Below, piece by piece: positions 44,445-56,160 of a stretch of 64,000 nucleotides of DNA. Within the stretch, counting starts at the first letter, position 1; every line of letters begins with the position of its first letter. Source of the stretch: Eledone cirrhosa (lineage: Eukaryota); assembly GCA_964016885.1 (NCBI GenBank), contig OZ024761.1:29450001-29514000 (forward strand), in the 5' to 3' direction. The position numbers and the translations under genes are program-made. Under the pieces are notes generated by a model. It ran no database searches. It was not told where the DNA came from and saw nothing but the letters and a program-made list of their open reading frames with translations.

Positions 44445-46403
44445 TATATCATCATCATCATCAACGTTTAACGTCCGTGTTCCACGCTTGCATGGGTTTG
44501 GACGGGGGTTTTCCCACTTGAGGCAAGAGTGATTGTCTTGCTCGCATAGGACTGTCTGGCAGGTTTTCTACAGTTGGATGCCCTTCCTAACACCAACCAC
44601 ATTTACAGTGTGGGTCTGGGAGGTTTTTACCGTGTTGCCTACACGGCCACATTACAGCGTGGACTGTGTGTTTTTTTGTCGTGACACCTACACGATCTCA
44701 TTTGTTTCGGCCTGGATGGTGTGGCACCAACATAACTTTACATAGAAGGGGGCGGTGTGGATGGGGTAGGGGTGGTGGGACGGGGGTGTATTTTGTTAGA
44801 GATGCCTACTGACTGTAGTAGGTTTTACTTTGTATATATATAAAATAAAGTTATTGACTTTGAATGGATGAAAGGCAAAGTTGAGCTCAGCGGGATTTGA
44901 ACTCAGAGAGCAGAGAGCCGAAACGAATAGCACAAAACATTCTATCTAACATTCTAAAGACTCTGTCAATTTGCTGCCATCATCAAACAACAACATCAAA
45001 GAAAGGAGGGAAAAGATAAGCAAACAAACAAGACTATGTTTACACAAGAAAGAAAACATTATTTACATAATTATATTGATTTCTAATTGAGGCACAGGGC
45101 CAGCAATTTGTGGGGAGTGTAAAATTGATTACATTGACCTCAGTACATCTATATATAAATTTGAGTGACTTCTGTCTGATGTCACACAATGTGTGTGTGA
45201 ATGTAGGTGTGTGTAAAAAGAAGGAAGGGGATGGTGAAAAAACTATAGCAAAACAGCAGCTGGCGTTCCATTTGCTACGCTGTGTGTGAGTGCATGTGTG
45301 TGATTGTGTAAATGTATGTGTGTGTTTGTGTGAATGTATTCCTGTGAGTGTGTATTTTTGTAAGTGCGTCTGTGTTTGCATGTTTATATTCATATACTCA
45401 TACATATAAATCTATGCATACACACAAACACACACATATACACATACGCATCAGCGTGTTGAAAAAATTCTAGTAAAAAAAAAAGTCTAAAGTCTGTCAA
45501 GTCCAGAAGCTCATCAAGTCAGTTTCCCTCGCATTAAGTGACTAAGAATACAAGACTCTCTCCTGGACAGCACGCCAGTCCATCATGGAGTTTAAATCCC
45601 CAGCTACTGCTGGTACTCATTTTCAATTGAGTATACTGGAGCAACATGAAATTAAGTGTTTTGCTCAAGAACACACCACACAAACCACACCAGGAACTGA
45701 ACCCAGGACATTGTGATAGTAAGTCCACCACCCTTACCATCAGGCCACGTGCCTCTATTCAGTATCTAGTTATCGTGCTGATGATGATGGTGGTGGTGGT
45801 GGTAGTGATGGTGGTGATTTTGGTGCAGATAGTGATGCTTTTGGTGATGATAGTGATGACAGTAATAGTGCCAGGGATGACAATGATGATGATGGTTGTG
45901 GTGGTGATGGTGGCAACACCATCATCATCAGTAGTAGTAGTAGTAGTAGTAGTCAATGTGGTGATAATACTACCATCACCACCATCCTCAACCCCTTCTC
46001 TATAAAATGAAGATTTATGGGACAAATCAGGCATTTTCCCCAAATTTAACTGTTTGCATACAATTAGTTAGCTACCTAATAAATACCCAGGTATGCAAAT
46101 AAAATACACACATGTACACTATACACATACACTACACACATTTGCACAAACATATACACATACACACACGCAGATGAATATATTCACACACACACACAAC
46201 CATATATACATATGCTCACACACAAACATGCACATGCATAAACACCTAATGATATAAACACAGGCATGTAATACATACATACATGTACATAGACAAACAC
46301 ACGTACGTACATGCATACATACACACACATACATACATACATATATTCACAGCTTCATCCTCATCATTGTTATTTTAACATCCACTTTCCCTGCTAGCAA
46401 GGG

Positions 46404-46443
<40 letters not shown>

Positions 46444-46900
46444 ATATATATATACATATATTGATAATGATATATATTACCTAAACTGGATACTTCCATT
46501 TATAATTATATATATACACATACATGCAAACATAACCCCCTACAAACAAACACACACATGCATGCCAAAAGAACATTGTTAAAAAAATAAACAAAAATAT
46601 AATATTGTATATAAATATATATATATTTATACACATTCACACAAATACTTACACAAAGAATCATAGACACACATACTCACAACACACAACACAACAACAC
46701 ACACACACACACACACAGCACACACAGAAAGCATCATTTATTTAAAATAGTGTCGTGCAAAGATATGGTAATTTGTTTGGTCAAAAGACAGGTTAACACA
46801 ATCTTGCCCCCATACAACACCCACACGCAGATCCCACCCTTCCACACCCCAGCCCCAATATAAAGTGAATCTTCTAATAAAGCAAGTGTGGAGTGTCAAG

Positions 46901-48093
46901 TAGAAAATGGTAAATGCCAACCTTATGATAACCAACTGAATAGAAAAACAAAACATTTGACAAAGATTTCAAAGAGAGAAATAGGGGAGAGAGATGGGGT
47001 GAGAGGAGAGAGGGTATGAGAGAGAGGGGGATGAGAGGAGAGAGAGGAGGGAGGGGGGTGAGAGAAGAGAGAGTGAGAGAGGGGTGAGAGAGTGGAGGAG
47101 GAGAGAGGGGGAGAAAATGGAGGAGAGAGGGGGAGAAAATGGAGGAGAGAGGGGGAGAAAATGGAGGAGAGAGGGGGAGAAAATGGGTGAGAGAAGGGTG
47201 TGGGAGAGAGACAGGGTGAGAGAGAGGAGAGAGATAGGGTGAGAGAGAGGGGGTATGAGAGAGAAAGGGGGGAAAGAAAAGATGGTGGGCGAGAAGGGGA
47301 GAGAGATGGAAGGAGAGAGAGAGAGGAAGTAAAGAAACAGGGAGTGAGGTTGTAGGGGAAATTAGGTGGTGTGGATAAAGAGAAAGGAGTGAGAAAGAAG
47401 AGGAAGGAGATGGAAGGCAAGGAGAGATGAAGAGAGAGGGAGAAAGAAGAGGAGGGAGATGAAAGGTGAGAGATGGATGAAGAGAGAGAGAAAGAGAGAA
47501 GGATAAGAGAGAGAGAGAGAGTGTGTGTGTATGAGAAATGGCAATTAATTTCCACAGTTTAACCTCTTCTGCTAAAGTTTACCATTCCTTAGAATTAGAA
47601 GCTATCAACATATTTTTATAGCTTCTTATTTATATTTAGATATTTATATATATATATTGTTATATTTGGGGAGGGTCATATTTGCGTAATATTGCCAGAA
47701 TTAATAACAGAACACACTCACTGTTTGGTTGGTTTTCGCTTCTCGCTGTCTTTTATATATATATATCTGCGATCTAACTTACTCGGTCCTCAATGTTGCC
47801 ATTGACTGACCGGCGGTCAAAAATAATACAGATACAATATAGAAAATGGTAAATGCCAACCTTATGATAACCAACTGAATAGAAAAACAAAACATTTGAC
47901 AAAGATTTCAAAGAGAGAAATAGGGGAGAGAGATGGGGTGAGAGGAGAGAGGGTATGAGAGAGAGGGGGATGAGAGGAGGGAGGGGGGGGGGGGTGAGCG
48001 AAGAGAGAGTGAGAGAGGGGTGAGAGAGTGGAGGAGGAGAGAGGGGGAGAAAATGGGTGAGAGAAGGGTGTGGGAGAGAGACAGGGTGAGAGA
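46901..48093 (+). repeat. Local direct duplication (46901-47223 vs 47840-48093)
   Basis: tagaaaatggtaaatgccaaccttatgataacc...gagagacagggtgagaga present twice. Confidence 0.9.
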
Positions 48094-48103
48094 TTCATCG
48101 CCG

Positions 48104-48157
<54 letters not shown>

Positions 48158-48295
48158 GTAAGGAGTTAACCGAACGAGTACATATATATGTTCATATACA
48201 CATACATACATACACACACTCACACACATATATACATCCACACAGAGTGAGATAGAAGGTGAGACAGAGATGAAGAGAGAGGGTGGGAGAGAGAA

Positions 48296-48329
<34 letters not shown>

Positions 48330-48401
48330 AAAGAGAGAGATATAAATATATATATATTTAGATAGATATATCTATATATCTATATCTATATTTATATAGA
48401 T

Positions 48402-48435
<34 letters not shown>

Positions 48436-48761
48436 CTATATTTTAATTAATACATTTTTAGATATATATATTCAGATATTTCTATATATCCTCTGATAAC
48501 AATAAGCATTACTTTGATGGCTGTGTGGTTAGAGAGTTTGCTGTGTAACTATATAGACACAGGTTTGACCTTACACTGTGTAGTGGGTGTCAGCACTGAA
48601 ACATCTAGATCGTGGATTTTTTACAGCTGACGAAGGATTCTTTCTCTTTTCTTCTTTTCTCCTCTTGTTCCGTCCTAACCACCATCCTAAACCTTGTTTT
48701 TAGTAACCACACAGCTCCTTTCGTTTTGTATCATTGTGTGTGTGCATATATATATATATAT

Positions 48762-49432
48762 ATGATGTGTTGTTTCCTTGAGCAAGACACTTTATTTCAC
48801 ATTGCTCCAGTTTACTCAGCTGTAGAAATGAGATGATAGGGACTGGGGTCCCTATCATTCCACTGCAAAGTGGTCGTGGAGGTGCCACGGCAAAAAAGCA
48901 CCCACCACTCACTGTAAATGAGGTTGGTGTTAGGAAGGGCATCCAGCTGTAGAAATCAAGCCAGAATCAGTCCCGTCCCACCCTTGCAAGCAGGGAAAAG
49001 TGGACGTAAAAATGATGTAAGTAAGTAAGTAAGATATATATATATATATATACACACACACATATATATATGTTTTTGTTTTTTTTCATTTTACATCCGC
49101 TTTTCCCTGCTTGCAAGGGTGGGATAGGAACTGATTCTGGCTTGATTTCTGCCCTTCCTAACACCAACCTCATTTACAGTGAGTGCTGGGTGTTTTTTTT
49201 TTTTCCGTGTTGCCTACACGGCCACTTTACAGTGTGGGCTGGGTGCTTTTTTGCCGTGGCACCTCCACGACCAATGGAATGATAGGGACTCATTTCTACA
49301 GCTGAGTAAACTGGAGCAGTGTGAAATAAAGTGTCTTGCTCAAGGAAACAACACATCACTCGGTCTGAGAATTGAACTCACAACCGTTCGATTGCAAGGC
49401 CAATGCTCTAACCACTAAGCCATGTGCCTCCA
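48762..49432. mobile_element. Tail-to-tail pair of SINE family B copies
   Basis: Plus copy ~48762-49020, minus copy ~49080-49432. Confidence 0.88.
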
Positions 49433-49461
49433 TATATATATATACACACACACACATACAC

Positions 49462-49806
49462 AGATATCCACGGGTAAGTTGTGGGGTCCAGTCTGCATGA
49501 AGAACTCAATGTAATCCATATGTTGGAAATGTTGTAGGTTAAAATAAATCCCGGAAAACAATAAAACATTAAAAGGAAAACAGAGTCATGATGTAAGTTA
49601 AAACAATGAAATAAAAAATCAAGTTATTAGAAATATACTTCACTGCTTTACGATCGTTTCTAGGTGATGATAATACATCGTAACTATGATAATACATCGT
49701 AACATCGATAACGAAGTATAGTTACGATGTATTATCACCTAGAAACGATCGTAAAGCAGTGAAGTATATTTCTAATGACTTGATTTTTTATTTCATTGTT
49801 TTAACT

Positions 49807-49808
<2 letters not shown>
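49462..49808 (-). mobile_element. Fold-back Penelope-like insertion: ~92-bp arms plus ~130-nt tail
   Basis: Arms 49594-49687 and 49718-49808; each has GAAA-CGATCG-TA (hammerhead 3' half, palindromic stem III). Confidence 0.85.
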
Positions 49809-49876
<68 letters not shown>

Positions 49877-49879
49877 GAG

Positions 49880-49980
49880 AAATGGCTTCTACAGGACTAG
49901 AACTGCTTCATATTTATACTCTCTGCTATGTATTGAGTATCTTACTTACTGTGGTTACCCCCGATTGAACCCAAGATAAA
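49880..49980 (+). mobile_element. Fold-back family F2 second copy (collapsed)
   Basis: gaaatggcttctacaggactagaactgcttca matches 22680-22710; the following tail matches the reverse complement of 22595-22656. Confidence 0.7.
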
Positions 49981-50899
49981 CATTGTATATATTCCTTAGG
50001 CAAGTATCTTATTTCCATTACTTCAGGCTGACTAATGTCTTCTAAGCAATATTTCAGCAGTGGAAACGATATGAAATCTGCTCTGTGTGTGAGTGTGTGA
50101 TCATGTATGTATGAATGTGTGTGAGCATGTGTGTTGAATGTGTGTGAGCATGTGTGTGTGAGCATGTATGTATATGTGTGAGTGTGTGTGTGTATTATGT
50201 GTGTGAGCGTGTGTATGATTGTATGTATATGAATGGGTGTGTGAGTGCATGCATGTGTATGTCAGTGTATGTGTATGTGTGTAAGCATGTGTATGTATGT
50301 ATATGTATGTGTGTGTGAGTGCATGCATGTGTATGTAAGTGTATGTATGTGTGTAAGCATGTGTATGTATGTATATGTATGTGTGTGTATGTGCATGTAT
50401 GTATGTGTATGTATGTTCCTACCATTGTCAACAACAACAGCAACAACACCATCACACTAACTGATGACTTATTAAAATTATTATTTAATTAACATATGGT
50501 TCTTATATAAAATTATATTGGGAAATTTTAATTAAAATGAAACCCTTTAAAATGTGTTATTTTGTTTCCAAGAAGCAGAGGGTAATTGGAATGGGGTTAT
50601 TAAAATGATTAATTATTTCATTACTAAGATGGTAAATTAACATACGGCTCTTATATAAAATTATGTTGGAACATTTTAATTTAAATAAACTAGGAATAGG
50701 TTTTTGGTTGGGTTGGTAGCAAAAGACAACCCTTTTGTGTCAATATTTCTAATGAAATACTCTTTATTTCAATTAATTAATGAAGAATTTGTGTGTAGAG
50801 GAGGACTTACTAAAATTAATTATTTAATTACTAAAATAGTAACTTAACACATGGTTCTTACATAAAATTATTTTGGAAGATCTTTAGTTAAATAAGAAC

Positions 50900-51458
50900 A
50901 CTTTTAAAATTGGTGGTTTTGTTTCAGAGAAGTAGAACTTATTCTGGTTTGGAGGCCATGTTGGTATATAATGGAAGGTTTTATTTAATAGAACCAGAGC
51001 TGGTTTTGAGATCATGTTTGTATCATGGAAGGTTTTATTTAATAGAAGTAGAACTGGTTTGGGGACCAAGGTTGGTATAAAATGGATGGTTTTATTTCAT
51101 AGAACCAGAGCTGGTTTTGAGATCATGTTCGTATCAAAATGGAAGGTTTTATTTAATAGAAGTAGAAACTGGTTTGGGGACCAAGGTTGGTATAAAACGG
51201 AACCAGAGCTGATTTTAGGATCAAGTTGGTATCAAAGTGGGTGGTTTTGTTTCAAAGAACTAAATTTGGTTTGGGGGGCTGGTTGGTAATAAAATGGAAG
51301 GTTTTGTTTCATAGAACCAGAGCTGGTTGGGAGCCAGGTTGATATCAAATGGGTGGTTTTCTTTCCTAGAACCATATCTGCTTTTCAGGCTGGTTGGTAT
51401 CAAAGTGGGCAGTTTTGTCTTATAGAACCAGAGCTAGTTTTGGGACCAAAAAAGTTAA
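50900..51458. repeat. Degenerate ~50-bp tandem array, probably from a piggyBac-type MITE end
   Basis: atggaaggttttatttaatagaaccagagctggttttg units ending gggaccaaaaaagttaa. Confidence 0.65.
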
Positions 51459-52617
51459 AAGTAGTACAATTTTGTAAATATTACCCCTACAAATTTGGAA
51501 CGTGTGAGAGAGCAAAGGTTGACTTGTAAGGGGATAAGAGAGAGAGAAAAGAAAGAGGGAGGGTGGGTGGAAGGTGAAAGAGGAGGAGTGAGTGTTTAAG
51601 GTAACAGGGGGGGGGGGGGACTGTGGTGGAAATTAGTGGTAAAAACCAATATAGAGGCTAATCAAATGTCAGGACTCACCAATCATTTATTTCCATGAAA
51701 ACAATCACAACACACATATACAGACATAACCAAACACACATACAGGCATAACCAATGCCAACAGACACGCACAGACAAAACCAATGCCAACACACACATA
51801 TACAGACAAACACAACCAGCACCATCACACTCATAAAGATAGACAGAACCAACAACACAGAGACATAGCCACAAACACACACACATGGCAACACAAACAC
51901 ACACACACATATACCAACACAAATATATATATATATATACACACAACTTCAGCCACAAACACATGCATACATACACAACCACAAACACGCTACCACACGG
52001 ATAGACGTATATATATATATATATATACACACATAAATTCCCACATACATACACACACATGCGGTGCCTTGTGGTGTTGGTAAATCCCTAAAGTGTAGAA
52101 TGACTGGCCTAAACTGTTATTAACAATGAATAGTCAGTAGATTTCTTCACAGTTATTTTGGCAGGAGTTCAACAGAGGTTAGGACAGGATATAAAACTAC
52201 CAGCCAGAGACCCCCATGTCCCACCACGCCCTCACCTACCAAATCTAGCAGCCATGAGGCCTTCACGCCCCATCCACATCCTCACCTACCAAAAAACAAA
52301 CAAACAAAAAAAAAAAAAGAGAGAGCAGTATTGAGGGTGATGAATGGTGAGGGAGAGTGGTAAGGGATAATTTATCTTCTTGTTTCTGTGCTACAATAGT
52401 AACTGAGCCTAGAGAGGTGGAGAATTCTGGTGTTCTTGGTCCTTGAATCACCTCCTTATTCACTACTATCGAGGAGCACAGTTAACCACCCCAGCATGAG
52501 TGAGCCCTATGAAGTGGACTAGTTTCTTGTCAACCCTATGTCCTGGGTCCTCAAACCACCTCCCTATTCACTGCAATCAAGGTAGAGTTGGGCACCCACA
52601 TGCTTGAAGCTTTGTGG

Positions 52618-52929
52618 AATATGAGATGCAAATACAACTAAGAAATATTTGGAAACCCGACAATGCATGTTAGGTAAAAATGCTGAGGTAATAAGAAAGT
52701 AGAAGAATAAAAAGAACACTAAAGTGAAATTAAATATAGAAAGTTATCTTAGCAATTGGGATCATTAAAAATTACTGAGGTAACATTCTATCATCGTCAC
52801 TCTTTTATTTCAGTTCACAGTGTCCTTTTTATTTCTCCTCGCCTTTCTTACTACCTTGGCATTTTTACCAAACACGCATTGTCAGGCTTCCAAATAACCA
52901 AACTTATTTCTTAGTTGTAGTTGTAGCTC

Positions 52930-52934
<5 letters not shown>
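52618..52934. mobile_element. Old ~315-bp fold-back palindrome abutting (TA)n
   Basis: Outer arms 52618-52734 and 52803-52934; inner arms tagaaagttatcttagcaatt / aattactgaggtaacattcta. Confidence 0.8.
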
Positions 52935-52980
<46 letters not shown>

Positions 52981-53574
52981 TCATCATCATCGTTTAACAT
53001 CTATCTTCGACGCTAGCATGGGTTAGACGGGAATTGTCCCACTTGAGACAAGATTGGTCGGGTGACCGTGTCTTGCTCGTATAGGACTGTCTGGCATTCT
53101 ACGGCTGGATACCCTTCTAACACCAGTATATATATATATATATATAGTGAGATGGAGAGATTATAGTGGTGATCAGATTTCGTTTGGGGAAATCGAAGAC
53201 TATGTCAACAAGCAATGGGTTTTGACTCGACAAGTGAATCATTTATCATAGTGTTTCCATGGTGATTAACCGTGGGTACAATGAAGGTAATTCCAGGAGT
53301 GTTTATATATAATATAATAAGTAAGATGACTATAACAACTTCACAGTTAAAGGACTAACATTTATTATATAACTGATGTGTGTTTCACCAATCTACAGGT
53401 AAATAAGATCTAGAAATGCTAGTCCAATAGGATTTATCAGAGAATTCAATTTCCAATATTTTGCAATAGCACCATGGTAAATCAGCTCTTCAGAATTTAA
53501 CAATGTTTACATTTACTATAAATTTTAAAAGGTTTATTAACTTTCTCAGTATTGGAACTGAACTTAAAGGTTCT

Positions 53575-53890
53575 AACATAAAATTATGATGGCGTTTTTT
53601 TTTAGATAAATATAAAATTATGATGGAATGTATTTAGATAAATATAAAATTATGATGGGACGTTTTAGATAAATATAAAATTATGATGGGAGGTTTTTAG
53701 ATAAATATAAAATTATGACAGAAAGTTTTTAGATAAATATAAAATTATGATCGGAGGTTTTTAGTCAAATATAGAATTATAGCAGAAGGTTTTTAGATAA
53801 CTATAAACACTACAAAAAAAAACAAAAGAAAACAGCTTAGTATTGTAGAATGACGGGCAGTTTCAGGAAGGTCAGTGTTAAAAGGGTTAA
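53575..53890. mobile_element. piggyBac-type MITE right end with ~31-bp internal tandem expansion
   Basis: tttagataaatataaaattatgatgg about 7 times; ends aaaaggg-ttaa; single-unit relative at ~280-440. Confidence 0.65.
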
Positions 53891-54258
53891 TTCTTCTCTG
53901 GAGACTTGTCCTGCTTTAGTTAAGAAAAATTAGGGTAAGCAACAAATAGGTAAAAAAAAACAACAAAAAAGCAAAACAAAACAAAGAAAGAACCAGTTTT
54001 ATTAATTTCATATCAGAGACAATGAGAGAGAGGAAAATTGCAAGTAAGAGGTGACAACTGTCACGAATGACCAATAACTAATGTCATGAATAAAATATGT
54101 AATTAGGTGTAACAGTAGAGATTAAAGCTAAGATCAATAGGGATATTGATTTGTGGGACTTTTTGGGGGTGGGTACATGCGATATGTACACATATACTCT
54201 TACATACACAAACATATCTATATCTATATATATATGAGTGTTAGTCTGCGTATGTATG

Positions 54259-54303
<45 letters not shown>

Positions 54304-54394
54304 TTGTATATATCTGTGTATGTATATATGTATACATATATCTGTGTATGTATATATGTATACATATATCTGTGTGTGTGTGTGTATATATATA

Positions 54395-54588
54395 TAGGAA
54401 AATGTATGACCCCGACGGCAGAGCTCAAGCTGTTTTGATGGCTATTTCTGGACTGAAATAGCCGTCGAAACGGCTTGAGGTCTGCCGTCAGGGTCATACA
54501 TTTTCATATTACCCACTCTACTACCCTACGTATTGAGTACTCTGGTGCGTTATGGTCCATCTGGTTCCTTACCACAACTCCTTTGTTA
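54395..54588 (+). mobile_element. Fold-back family F1 copy 4
   Basis: 54-bp arms 54395-54448 and 54455-54508, ~80-nt tail, TA tracts on both sides. Confidence 0.88.
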
Positions 54589-54593
54589 TATAT

Positions 54594-54624
<31 letters not shown>

Positions 54625-55009
54625 CATACATACTTACACATATATACATATATCATCATTGTTTTTTGTCTGTTTTTCCACACTCACATGGAATATACAT
54701 ACATACATATATATGTGTATGTATATATACATATACCTCTGTATATATACATACATGTGGGGGGGGGTGAAGGTACATGGTTTAATAGTTAGAGTTAGAG
54801 TAGTCAGTCCAGAACTGTAAGGTCGGCAGAGCAATTCCCAGCAGTGTGTTGTGTTCTTGAGCAAGACTATAGTTTACCATCGGGAATATCTGCAAATGCA
54901 GCAACCTCAGTGCATGTGTGTGCATCAACAGTCATGGTATGTTGAGCTCTCTGTGCAGAGGATATTAGCAACAGATGGAACACCTGACCAGTGGACGATT
55001 CCCTTTCAA

Positions 55010-56160
55010 CATGTCTTGGGTATTTGAAGTGACCCATCTTAACACACAGTGTATCTTGGGTATTTTAGGGGTTCTGTCCTAACACACAGTGTATCTTGGG
55101 TATTTTAGGGGTTCTGTCCTAACACACAGTGTATCTTGGGTATTTTAGGGGTACTGTCCTAACACACAGTGTATCTTGGGTATTTTAGGGGTACTGTCCT
55201 AACACACAGTGTATCTTGGGTATTTTAGGGGTACTGTCCTAACACACTGTATCTTGGGTATTTTAGGGGTACTGTCCTAACACAGTGTATCTTGGGTATT
55301 TTAGGGGTACTGACCTAACACACTGTATCTTGGGTATTTTAGGGGTACTGACCTAACACACTGTATCTTGGGTATTTTAGGGGTACTGACCTAACACACA
55401 GTATATCTTGGGTATTTTAGGGGTACTGTCCTAACACAGTGTATCTTGGGTATTTTAGGGGTACTGTCCTAACACACAGTGTATCTTGGGTATTTTAGGG
55501 GTACTGTCCTAACACACAGTGTATCTTGGGTATTTTAGGGGTACTGTCCTAACACACTGTATCTTGGGTATTTTAGGGGTACTGTCCTAACACAGTGTAT
55601 CTTGGGTATTTTAGGGGTACTGTCCTAACACACAGTGTATCTTGGGTATTTTAGGGGTACTGTCCTAACACAGTGTATCTTGGGTATTTTAGGGGTACTG
55701 TCCTAACACACAGTGTATCTTGGGTATTTTAGGGGTACTGTCCTAACACACTGTATCTTGGGTATTTTAGGGGTACTGTCCTAACACAGTGTATCTTGGG
55801 TATTTTAGGGGTACTGACCTAACACACTGTATCTTGGGTATTTTAGGGGTACTGACCTAACACACTGTATCTTGGGTATTTTAGGGGTACTGACCTAACA
55901 CACAGTATATCTTGGGTATTTTAGGGGTACTGTCCTAACACAGTGTATCTTGGGTATTTTAGGGGTACTGTCCTAACACACAGTGTATCTTGGGTATTTT
56001 AGGGGTACTGTCCTAACACACTGTGTATCTTGGGTATTTTAGGGGTACTGTCCTAACACACAGTATATCTTGGGTATTTTAGGGGTACTGTCCTAACACA
56101 TGGTGTGTCTTGGGTATTTTAGGGGTATTGTCCTAACACACTGTGTATCTTGGGTATTCT
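55010..56160. repeat. 38/40-bp minisatellite, ~28-29 copies
   Basis: aacacacagtgtatcttgggtattttaggggtactgtcct. Confidence 0.97.

Noticed and set aside
55010-56160. CRISPR array or interstitial telomere
   Set aside because: Head-to-tail units without spacers; TTAGGG is not tandemly repeated.
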